Positions 18,755 through 31,233 of a stretch of 41,106 nt of DNA are shown one piece after another. The translations under genes were made by a program, and so were the position numbers. How positions within the stretch are numbered: the stretch's first letter is position 1; every line of letters begins with the position of its first letter. The notes under the pieces were generated by a model. The model saw only the letters and a list, made by a program, of their open reading frames with translations, was not told the origin of the DNA and made no database searches. The stretch comes from Candidatus Hydrogenedentota bacterium (GTDB lineage: Bacteria > Hydrogenedentota > Hydrogenedentia > Hydrogenedentales > GCA-2746185). The stretch lies in assembly GCA_046583315.1 (NCBI GenBank), contig JAYGCN010000247.1, positions 1 through 41,106 on the forward strand, given 5' to 3'.

Positions 18755-18783
18755 TTGCGCTTTACCCCTAAGTGAGGTAGAAT
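18755..18783 (+). promoter_or_regulatory. Putative sigma70-type promoter
   Basis: TTGCGC-17 nt-TAGAAT, 52 nt upstream of the ATG at 18836. Confidence 0.5.
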
Positions 18784-18835
18784 CAAAGATATTACGGCTT
18801 AACGTAGTATCGGGATTGGGTAAGGGGTACTCGAT

Positions 18836-20005
18836 ATGGTTACACGGAACGTCAACACCACGCCACCACCACCTCCGGCGCCGCCAGAGGTGGTGGTGCC
18901 TCTTCCGGGAGCGGCAGGGGTCGGTTCACCTTTCTCCGCTGGAACTGGTTACGCGATTATCGCTCTCGTCGCTGCCGTAACGATTGGCGGATATGCTCTG
19001 GCTAGAAGCGGTGTCATCGATACGCCCGATGCGCTCTCCGGGGTATTTGGCGATGAATACACCTTTGACGCCGATGGCCCCTTCGCTTACCGATTTACGG
19101 AAGGAGAGGATCTCACCTATCAACTTGACGCGTCGGTGAAGGGAAAAGGTGTCGACCTTGGTGTAGACTCCGCGATAGGGCTCACCATGAATATGACCTT
19201 CGGACTCGAAACGCAGGAGGTGGACCGTAGAGGATTCGGCACGCTTGAACTGGAATTTGATCGCGTCCAAATGACCGGGAATTTCATGGGCGAAGATGTA
19301 CACCTTTACCAGACTGGCAAGAATGTCGATATGTCGATGAACAAGTTCGAGCAGGTGGACACCGATGCGGGGGATTCCATCAAGGGGATCTCCCAACTCG
19401 AGTTCTTCACCGAAGCCGTCACGATGGTTGTGTCGCCGGATGGCATGGTACAGGAAGTGTCAGGACCGTCTGGTTTTGACACGATACTCTCTCCCGCGGA
19501 TGCGCTGGCACCGTCCCCTTTTCAGACCGCGAATCTTGAGATTGGTCAGATATGGACCTCCGAATTCACTATGCCTGTGCCGGGACTGGCCGTGCCTGCG
19601 TCGGCAACGTCTTACAACACGCTGGTTCGTTACGAGTGGATTGGTACGCGCGAGGTGGGGGTGATTCAGCAGCAGATACGGTCAACGCAAGTCGATGGGG
19701 AGATTGTTTCTCCAAGTAGCATGCTCGGCGAGGGTATGAACCTGACGATGCCGACTTTTGAGGTTACGGGTGAAAACTGGATTTACTTTGACATCAACGA
19801 CGGGAAATTGGTGCGCACGGACATGAATCTTTTCTTCGCACTTGAATTGGGAGAAGGCGGGGATGCCATCTCCAGCATGCTGGGTCAGTATTCCGATGCC
19901 ATCAGCGGTCTGGACAATCGTGGTCCGCGAAAAAACGACGATGAAGAGGCACCCCTGCTGGAAATGGGAGTCGAAATCGCCGCGACGCTTTATCTTGTAG
20001 AGTAG
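18836..20005 (+). CDS. Hypothetical membrane-anchored protein (Pro-rich N-terminus, TM, acidic beta-rich extracytoplasmic domain)
   Basis: 389-aa ORF; TTPPPPPAPP, YAIIALVAAVTIGGYAL; beta-strand periodicity. Confidence 0.7.
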   Translation: MVTRNVNTTPPPPPAPPEVVVPLPGAAGVGSPFSAGTGYAIIALVAAVTIGGYALARSGVIDTPDALSGVFGDEYTFDADGPFAYRFTEGEDLTYQLDASVKGKGVDLGVDSAIGLTMNMTFGLETQEVDRRGFGTLELEFDRVQMTGNFMGEDVHLYQTGKNVDMSMNKFEQVDTDAGDSIKGISQLEFFTEAVTMVVSPDGMVQEVSGPSGFDTILSPADALAPSPFQTANLEIGQIWTSEFTMPVPGLAVPASATSYNTLVRYEWIGTREVGVIQQQIRSTQVDGEIVSPSSMLGEGMNLTMPTFEVTGENWIYFDINDGKLVRTDMNLFFALELGEGGDAISSMLGQYSDAISGLDNRGPRKNDDEEAPLLEMGVEIAATLYLVE

Positions 20006-20096
20006 CCTCGTTCCGATTGCACTCGCGCGCTCGCCCGTTCTCGTGATATGATCAGTGCAGAACGCTGGGATGCTCCGAACGCAGGGTTAGGCCAAT

Positions 20097-20411
20097 ATGA
20101 GTGGATTCGATCAAGAAACCGACGGGAATGTCGACACCCGATCACGGGACGAAGTCAAACGGCCGCGTCGTTTCAAAGTGCTCCTTCATAATGATCACTA
20201 TACCTCCATGGAATTTGTGGTGATGATTCTGGAGACCGTTTTCCGCAAGTCGTCGCCAGAATCTCTGGAAATCATGCTTTCGGTGCATCAGCAGGGCGTG
20301 GGTCTTGCGGGCGTTTACCCGGCGGCCGTTGCAGAAACGAAGATGAATCGTGTGCATGTTGAGGCAGAGGGTCAAGGGTTTCCGCTAAAATGTTCTATGG
20401 AGCCGGAATAA
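20097..20411 (+). CDS. clpS: ClpAP adaptor ClpS
   Basis: FKVLLHNDHYTSMEFVV, MLSVHQQGVG, AETK, GFPLKCSME. Confidence 0.97.
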   Translation: MSGFDQETDGNVDTRSRDEVKRPRRFKVLLHNDHYTSMEFVVMILETVFRKSSPESLEIMLSVHQQGVGLAGVYPAAVAETKMNRVHVEAEGQGFPLKCSMEPE

Positions 20412-20506
20412 AAGTGTCCAAATCAATTAAATGGAATGAATCTTAAGACAAGGTTGTAGGTAATACAGAGTAGGATTGATCGCATTTCACAGACAGGTAT
20501 TAAACG

Positions 20507-22741
<2,235 letters not shown>

Positions 22742-22753
22742 GCTTTCATCGCC

Positions 22754-23464
22754 ATGTCCATATACCTTCTTTCCGACGACCTCCGGTTTCCCTCTCCTAC
22801 GAACGCGGACGAAGAAGGCTTATTGGCGATCGGCGGAGACCTTAGTCCGGAACGTTTGGTGATGGCTTACTCGATGGGGATTTTTCCATGGTACAGTGCT
22901 GGGGATCCGATTATGTGGTGGTCTCCTGATCCTCGAATGGTCATTCGTCCCGGGGAGTTTCGCCCTTCAACGAGTCTTCGAAAGTCGTATCGAAAAATGA
23001 AACTGCGCCTTTCCATGGACGAAGCATTTGAGCAAGTGATTCGAAACTGTTCCGGCATTCCTCGCGGGAATCAGGAAGGCACCTGGATTACTGAGGAAAT
23101 GAGGGAGAGTTATTGCCAATTGCATGAACTGGGCGTTGCACACTCGCTGGAGTGCTGGAATAGCGAGACGCTGGTGGGTGGGCTGTATGGCTTGTCGCTC
23201 GGCAATTGTTTTTTCGGGGAATCGATGTTTGCCAAACAGAGCGATGCTTCGAAGCTGGCATTTTGGGCGTTGATGCGTTACGCCGATACGGCGGGAATCG
23301 AATTCGTCGATTGCCAGTTGCACAACGATCATCTCGAAAGCCTTGGCGCGTATACCATCAAGCGTGAGGAGTATATGCGTTGGTTATATCGTTCGCTGGA
23401 AAGCCAGACTCGGCAGGGCTCCTGGGGCGAAGCCTTTTCCTTGTGCGTTGCTCAGGGACTGTAA
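22754..23464 (+). CDS. aat: Leucyl/phenylalanyl-tRNA--protein transferase
   Basis: GLLAIGGDLSPERL, GIFPW, WWSPDPR, TWIT, GESMF, DASK, DCQ. Confidence 0.97.
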   Translation: MSIYLLSDDLRFPSPTNADEEGLLAIGGDLSPERLVMAYSMGIFPWYSAGDPIMWWSPDPRMVIRPGEFRPSTSLRKSYRKMKLRLSMDEAFEQVIRNCSGIPRGNQEGTWITEEMRESYCQLHELGVAHSLECWNSETLVGGLYGLSLGNCFFGESMFAKQSDASKLAFWALMRYADTAGIEFVDCQLHNDHLESLGAYTIKREEYMRWLYRSLESQTRQGSWGEAFSLCVAQGL

Positions 23465-23576
23465 TTTGAGCTGAATTGGGCCTGTTTGGGCATACTGTTG
23501 AGGAGTCACCGGAAATGGAGCCACAAAGTGTGGTATAGGGTGTGTTGGCTTCATTCGGCCTAACGTGCGTTCAATG

Positions 23577-23605
23577 TTGACAGAGGGTTGGTGCTATGTT
23601 ATTAT
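23577..23605 (+). promoter_or_regulatory. sigma70 promoter of groEL
   Basis: TTGACA-17 nt-TATTAT with TG extension, just upstream of CIRCE. Confidence 0.8.
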
Positions 23606-23616
23606 CCTGCCGAGTT

Positions 23617-23643
23617 TTAGCACTCGGGGCTACTGAGTGCTGA
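23617..23643 (+). promoter_or_regulatory. CIRCE element (HrcA operator)
   Basis: TTAGCACTC-GGGGCTACT-GAGTGCTGA, one mismatch to TTAGCACTC-N9-GAGTGCTAA. Confidence 0.95.
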
Positions 23644-23724
23644 TACGGCCTGCGCCGCATTATTGCGATTCACGCTTATCAGGCCGGCCACAATTTGTCT
23701 AACGCTCTATATTTAAACGCTTAA

Positions 23725-25398
<1,674 letters not shown>

Positions 25399-25426
25399 GT
25401 CGCATCACCTGAAATTTATATTTTCG

Positions 25427-25461
25427 CGCGCCGGACTCATCCCGAGTTCGGCGCGTTTTTT
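25427..25461 (+). terminator. Intrinsic terminator of groEL
   Basis: CGCGCCGGACTC/GAGTTCGGCGCG stem plus TTTTTT. Confidence 0.85.
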
Positions 25462-26311
25462 ATTGGGTGTGCCAGGCACCGTCGTGGTGAAGATGCCGTG
25501 TTAGTTCGAAGGTGCCTTCTGTAGATACTTCGACCACGGTGAGATCGCCGTCGGCATTGGACTCAGGGGCTGTTCGGAAGAAGGCGCCGCTCGTTAGGTG
25601 GCGAATGTTTGGGTAACGCGGATCGACGGTGTCGCTGAAGCGGTGGACGTGTCCGCTGACGTACAGGATTTCCTTTCCTGATTCACCCAGCATCATCTGC
25701 AGGCGGTCGGCATTGCGCAATCGACGGTTCGGCTTTATTGTATAGCCCAGCGTCTCATTGAGGAATGGGTAATGTGCTGCGATGATGACAGGCGATTCGA
25801 GTCGGTCGAGCAGGAGTGCTGCGGCGTCCAATTGGTAGGACGTGACGCGGCCCATGGAGGATATCGCGTTGGGGCAAACGGTGGGGATATACAGCACCGG
25901 AGTCCCGCCAGCGAGATTCTGGACAACTGGCGACGGTTCCTGGGTAAGCCACGGGAAAAAGTGTTTGGCGAAGATCCGATCGCGCTGTGATGCGAAGGTG
26001 TAGACGTCGTGGTTTCCGGGAATGACGGTGACTTGTTTGCCGGCATCGCTCAATGCCTGACAAAAACGAAGCCCCTGCTCGAATTCCCATTGGGTGGAGG
26101 TTGATGTGAAATCACCTGTGATGATGACTTCTTTGGGTGAGAGGGAAGCCACGTAGTCCACATAGTGCCAAGCGCGTTGCATGATGAAATCGTGGCGACG
26201 CTTGAGGATGACGTTGACGTTCCCGATTAGGCGCTTGTTGAGCAGGCGAAACGGATTTGTGATCACTTCCCAGAAGTGCAGATCCGTTATGTGGATAAAG
26301 GAATCGCGCAC
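25460..26311 (-). CDS. Calcineurin-like metallophosphoesterase
   Basis: TDLH, TGDF, GNHD, AAHYP, GHVH. Confidence 0.9.
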   Translation of the reverse strand: MRDSFIHITDLHFWEVITNPFRLLNKRLIGNVNVILKRRHDFIMQRAWHYVDYVASLSPKEVIITGDFTSTSTQWEFEQGLRFCQALSDAGKQVTVIPGNHDVYTFASQRDRIFAKHFFPWLTQEPSPVVQNLAGGTPVLYIPTVCPNAISSMGRVTSYQLDAAALLLDRLESPVIIAAHYPFLNETLGYTIKPNRRLRNADRLQMMLGESGKEILYVSGHVHRFSDTVDPRYPNIRHLTSGAFFRTAPESNADGDLTVVEVSTEGTFELTRHLHHDGAWHTQ

Positions 26312-26364
26312 GGGCGCTTTTTAATCCTCAATTCGTCGCTCACCTGCTCGAAGGGTGAAGGGTT

Positions 26365-26961
26365 TTAGTCAGATTGTTCTGCGGGTTCCATTGCGGTATC
26401 AAAATTCGTGAGTCCACCGGTGAACAAGGTGATGAAGTCCCACGCTAACTTGTTTGGATATTTCTTGTTATTGAAAATATCGACGAGTTCGCAATAATCT
26501 TCTTGATTGAGTTCGTCCTGCATGGCGAGATCGTAGAGCGGGCCTGTTTTGTATTCGCCGTCGGTGTGTTTGGGGCAGCCCACATTTTTGTGAAGTTGAA
26601 ATCCCAGGAACTCATCGTTCTCGCCCTGGATAAGTTCGAAGGGATACAAACGGCACAATAGGGGACGTGCTTCGTAGATGCTGCAATACTTGGTTTCCTT
26701 GTTCAGGAATTCGCATCCAAGTTTCTCGTCGCGTTTCAAGGCCATCATATACTGCTCGCCGTCCACGTCGATCCAGGTGGGGTCATCCATGTCGACTTCT
26801 TCAATTTCGTCGGGCTCCAGAAATTCGATGAAGCCTTCGGGATCGCGGCCTGTCATCTTCATGATGCGGCGCACATCCCACGGTGTCGGAAGGCACACTA
26901 CTTCGGTACAGCAATGTGCGCAACTGTGACAACGAAAATTGACTACATCTTTCCCCATCAA
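26365..26961 (-). CDS. YkgJ/CxxCxxCC-family cysteine-cluster protein
   Basis: CHSCAHCC, CEFL, CSIYEARPLLCRLYPF. Confidence 0.9.
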   Translation of the reverse strand: MMGKDVVNFRCHSCAHCCTEVVCLPTPWDVRRIMKMTGRDPEGFIEFLEPDEIEEVDMDDPTWIDVDGEQYMMALKRDEKLGCEFLNKETKYCSIYEARPLLCRLYPFELIQGENDEFLGFQLHKNVGCPKHTDGEYKTGPLYDLAMQDELNQEDYCELVDIFNNKKYPNKLAWDFITLFTGGLTNFDTAMEPAEQSD

Positions 26962-27094
26962 TACTTCCCCTTTACTACGTGAACTTCGACTCTTAGACGG
27001 TATGTTTATCCTATTCTCGTACGCTCTGTCAACTCAGGGGCAGGTGGTTATTCTGTCGTGGGATAGCGCTACGTGCCGTATGCTCGATTGGTGA

Positions 27095-28276
27095 GGTTGT
27101 TTCGGGGGAGGTATCTATATTGACACGGCGCATGCTGATATCGAGAACTGTGATTTCACGGATAACGGCGCAGGTCATAATGCCGCAGCGTTGATGCTGT
27201 TTAGAGGGAGTGCCAACGTGTCTCAGTGTGCGTTTCGCCGAAACAGCGGTACGAATCAAGGCGGAGCGATATTGGCCTATGAAGAGCCTTTCATCTTGGA
27301 TCGGTGTCTGTTCGAGGAGAACGAGGCGACACATGGTGGTGCGATAGAAATACGTGAAGGAACTCAGGCTCTCATCACCAATAGCATCTTTCGTAATAAC
27401 TTTTCGAGTGATCATGGAGCAGGGATCAATTTTGAGTTCCAGTCGGGCATCGTTATTGCAAACTGCACATTCGTGGATAATGTTGCGGCGGCTCGCGGTG
27501 GGGGTCTTTTCTTTCACTCGAACAGTGGTATTGTTGTAAACTCTATCTTTGTGAATAACACAAGTCACGCAATTTATGAAAATGACTCGACGGCAGATCC
27601 GGTTGTGCTGAACAATATGTTTTACTTGAACTTGGACGGCGCGTATTACGATGATGCTTCGACAAGTATTCTACTGAGCGAAGGAGATACGGGCCTGAAT
27701 ATGCTCGTAGCCGAGGCGAGTGGCAATATGGATGCGGATCCTCTATTTGTTGATGCGGTGAATGGTGACTACCATCTTACAATGGATTCACCAGCTATTG
27801 ATGTGGGAACTGAGACTAACGCGCCGGGATTGGATTATGACGGAGATTCTCGTCCTGTTGACATTCCTGGAGTCGGGGTTGACGGTGATGGCGTGGGGTA
27901 TGACATCGGTTTTGACGAGTATTTGGAGCCAGCAGTCGAAATGAAGAATAGGGGTGGCAGCGGAGGCACTTGTTTTATGGCATCGGCAGCATATGGGACA
28001 CCCCTCGCTACGGATATTGATATATTGCGTACGTTCCGGGACAACCGTCTGTCGACCAATGGTTTGGGCCACGCATTCAGTGACACCTATTATCGCCTAA
28101 GCGCGCCCGTAGTTGACTATGTCGCGAAACACGAGGTCGTCAGGGGCATCGTGCGCTTATTTATTTCGATAGTGCTCGTGGCAATCGAATTCTTCTCGTG
28201 GTATGGCGGGTTGCTGCTTTTATCGTTGCTTCTTCTCATGGTTGGCAGACGAAAATTACTTTTTTCGCGAGTGTAG
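27095..28276 (+). pseudogene. Probably 5'-truncated surface protein: parallel beta-helix, choice-of-anchor-Q-like region, CFI-box-CTERM tail
   Basis: GGAI/GGGL...F..N repeats; DPLFVD...DYHL..DSPAIDVG...DIGFDEY; CFMASAAYGT...LRTFRD...YYRLS plus TM; repeats continue upstream of the TTG at 27191 to an in-frame TGA, with no signal peptide. Confidence 0.65.
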
Positions 28277-28325
28277 ACGCTCGAAGCACGCAGGCACCGA
28301 AATTTGCAAGAGGAAACGACGAGCG

Positions 28326-29927
28326 TTATTCCTGCGCGCCGTGGTGGTAGAGGAGTTGGGCCATGGTTTCGTTGCCGAAGTAGAGGGCCTCGCCGAGGGG
28401 TGTTTTTTGGTACATCTGGTCGGTGGCGTTGATTTCGGCGCCGTGGATGAGGAGGAGTCTGGCGATGTCGGGTTGTCCTTTGGTGATGGCGGTGTGGAGA
28501 GGGGTGTAGCCGAAGGAGCCTGCGCGCTGGTTGACGCGTTTGGGGTGTTGGTTGAGTAGCGTCAATACGTGATCGGTCCAGCCAAGTTGTGCAGCGGTGA
28601 CGATGTCGATCTGCGCCCCTTGTTCGAGCAGGTATTGGGCCATTTCGAATTGACCATCCTCGGCAGCGGTATGTAGGGGTGTCGCGCCGAAGGGGAGTTT
28701 GGCCTGGATGAGGTAGGGGTCCTGCTTGAGCAGTTGCTTCATCTGATCTTGAAGGCCGAGGGTAGCCGCGGCGAAGACGTCGAGTTTGGCTTTGTCGCGT
28801 AATAACGTTTCGACGATTGTGATATCCCGCGATTGTGCGGCGAGGTGTAGCACGGATTTCCCGTTTTTGAGTTTTGCGTGAATGTTCGCGCCGGCTTCTA
28901 CGAGCAGGGTTGTGGTGGATGCGTGGCCGAGTTCAGCGGCGAGGTGTATGGGGGTGCAGCCGAAGAAGTCTGTGTGCTCCAGATTGACATCGCGACCGAT
29001 GATCCATTCTACGAGCGCGTCGTGTCCACCGGATACGGCCCAATGCAACGCGGTGCGGACCCAGGGTCCCGGAGCGTTGAGCGCGTTTGGAAGTCTTTGC
29101 GCGATATTGATGAGATGGTCGGTGTACCCTAGTGCGGCGGCGGAATAGGCATCGAGTGTCGCGCCAGTGGTAAGCAGGAAGTCAACGCTTCGTTGGTCGC
29201 CGGTATGGTGTGCGGTGTGTGCGGCGTATAGAAGGGGGGTGAGACCGTCATCGTTTTGAGTGTTGATGAGGCTGGGGTTATTAATGAGTATGTGTTGCAG
29301 TTTTTGAAGGTATCCGTTTCGGATGGCGGTGAAGAGTTGATGTTCGGGTGTCAGAAGCAGTTGGGGCTGCTGTTCGTAATCGGGATGTAGATCGCTGAGC
29401 TGGTTTTTTAGGCGTTGGCGCGTCGCGTAGAGGCGTTTTTTGATCGTGGTTACCGGGACATCAAGGTCGTCGGCGATTTCTTTTTGCGATTTATCGTTGA
29501 AATAGTATTCGCGGGCAACTTCTTGTTCGTGTTCGGGCAAGGTATGTAGCGCAAGGTCAAGCGTGTCGGCCAATTGCGCATCGTCTGATACTTCGGAAGA
29601 TGGTGCGTCGTCGAAAGCGATGTCGTTTGCGGCGTCCATGGAGGTGGTGGGATGTTGTTTGCGTCGGATGACACGGTCGATGCGTTTGATGACGATGCGC
29701 TTGAACCAGCCCGGGAATGCGGCGGGTTCGCGCAGTTTATCGAGGCTGAAAAAGGCTTCGGCAAAGGCTTCCTGGACCACGTCCTGGACGAGATGAAAGT
29801 CGTTCAAGACACCGTAGGCGCGCGCGTGGGCATTGTCCCGAAATCGATCCATGATTTCGGCATAGGCGTCCCGGTCGCCTTCTCGGGCGCTGATGACGAG
29901 ATTTTCGAGTGGGGTTTCGGTGGACAT
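28326..29927 (-). CDS. ECF sigma factor fused to C-terminal ankyrin repeats
   Basis: sigma2 QDVVQEAF...FPGWFKRI, sigma4 SQKEIADDLDVPVTTIKKRL; ankyrin motifs GLTPLLYAA, TALHWA, TPIHLAA, TPLHTAA, TPLHTAI. Confidence 0.92.
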   Translation of the reverse strand: MSTETPLENLVISAREGDRDAYAEIMDRFRDNAHARAYGVLNDFHLVQDVVQEAFAEAFFSLDKLREPAAFPGWFKRIVIKRIDRVIRRKQHPTTSMDAANDIAFDDAPSSEVSDDAQLADTLDLALHTLPEHEQEVAREYYFNDKSQKEIADDLDVPVTTIKKRLYATRQRLKNQLSDLHPDYEQQPQLLLTPEHQLFTAIRNGYLQKLQHILINNPSLINTQNDDGLTPLLYAAHTAHHTGDQRSVDFLLTTGATLDAYSAAALGYTDHLINIAQRLPNALNAPGPWVRTALHWAVSGGHDALVEWIIGRDVNLEHTDFFGCTPIHLAAELGHASTTTLLVEAGANIHAKLKNGKSVLHLAAQSRDITIVETLLRDKAKLDVFAAATLGLQDQMKQLLKQDPYLIQAKLPFGATPLHTAAEDGQFEMAQYLLEQGAQIDIVTAAQLGWTDHVLTLLNQHPKRVNQRAGSFGYTPLHTAITKGQPDIARLLLIHGAEINATDQMYQKTPLGEALYFGNETMAQLLYHHGAQE

Positions 29928-29990
29928 GATGGGTTCTTTCGCACATTCGGCTCGATAACAGGTACCGACACCATGCGTATTCGTTCCTGA

Positions 29991-29999
29991 ATTATATCA
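29991..29999 (-). promoter_or_regulatory. Extended -10 promoter upstream of the ECF-ankyrin gene
   Basis: TG-A-TATAAT on the minus strand, 63 nt upstream of the ATG. Confidence 0.5.
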
Positions 30000-30153
30000 C
30001 TTTTCGTTGCACTTGGTTGCCCTTCGATGTGAAAGCTTGCAATCGCCGGGTGCGTTCCCGTATTGTACCGCCTTTCCAGCGCGAACCGTATTGCTGGGAG
30101 AGCTGTTTTCAGTCGTCGAAACTGCGGTCTTCGGACCCAAGGGAGCAAGATTT

Positions 30154-31233
30154 ATGAGTGATGTATTCAATTTCAGTGCAGGCCCCGCGATCCTACCGAA
30201 GCCCGTTTTGGAAGAGGCGCAACGTGATCTCCTGGACATTAGTGGCTCCGGGATCTCTGTGCTGGAATCGAGCCATCGCAGCAAAGAATACATCGCGATT
30301 CAGGACGAAGCGGAAGACAATATGCGTTCGTTGCTGAATGTGTCGGATGACTATCATGTTCTCTTCCTGCAGGGCGGCGCGTCTCAACAGTTTGCCGTGG
30401 TGCCGATGAATTTGATGAAGAAAGGGCAGTCGGCGGACTACACGCTTTCCGGTGCCTGGGGCAAAAAGGCGGTTAACGAGGCGAAGAAAGTCGGCGATAT
30501 CAATGTGATTGTTGATTGCGCAGGCGACCGTCCGTGCCGTGTGCCGACTGCGGATGAATTGAATGAAACCAGCGGCTCGGCGTATTTGCATATTACCAGC
30601 AACGAAACGATTTCCGGTGCACAGTGGAAGAACTTTCCCAAAACGACTGCGCCGTTGGTGGCGGATATGTCTTCGGATATTTTGTCGCGTCGATTCGATA
30701 TTTCTGATTTTGGTGTAGTGTATGCCGGTGCTCAGAAAAATATGGGACCCTCCGGTGTGACGATGGTGATCGTGCGTAAAGATCTCGCTGAACAGGCTCC
30801 GCAAGACCTGCCCGGCATTTTCCGATATCAGACTCACGCGGATAACGGTTCCATGTTCAACACGCCGCCGTGTTTCAGTGTCTACCTGCTGATGCTCGTG
30901 ACGCGCTGGTTGAAAGGCCAGGGCGGTACCGACGGGATCGAGAAGATCAATATAGCGAAAGCCGGAAAACTCTATGGTGCCATCGACGCTACTGAATTCT
31001 ATAGCGGTGCCGCAGCTGTTGAACATCGCTCGCTCATGAACGTGACGTTTAACTTACCGACCGAAGAACTCGAAGCGCAATTCGCCAAAGAGGCGGACGC
31101 GGTCGGACTCAAAGGCCTCAAAGGGCATCGTTCCGTGGGTGGATTGCGTGCTTCTATCTACAATGCATTCCCTGCCGAAGGTGTGGACACGTTGGTCAGC
31201 TTCATGCAGGATTTCGAGAAGGCAAATGGGTAA
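30154..31233 (+). CDS. serC: Phosphoserine aminotransferase
   Basis: FNFSAGPA, SHRS, LQGGAS, NETI, DMSS, AGAQKN, NTPP, GHRSVGGLRASIYNA. Confidence 0.98.
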   Translation: MSDVFNFSAGPAILPKPVLEEAQRDLLDISGSGISVLESSHRSKEYIAIQDEAEDNMRSLLNVSDDYHVLFLQGGASQQFAVVPMNLMKKGQSADYTLSGAWGKKAVNEAKKVGDINVIVDCAGDRPCRVPTADELNETSGSAYLHITSNETISGAQWKNFPKTTAPLVADMSSDILSRRFDISDFGVVYAGAQKNMGPSGVTMVIVRKDLAEQAPQDLPGIFRYQTHADNGSMFNTPPCFSVYLLMLVTRWLKGQGGTDGIEKINIAKAGKLYGAIDATEFYSGAAAVEHRSLMNVTFNLPTEELEAQFAKEADAVGLKGLKGHRSVGGLRASIYNAFPAEGVDTLVSFMQDFEKANG

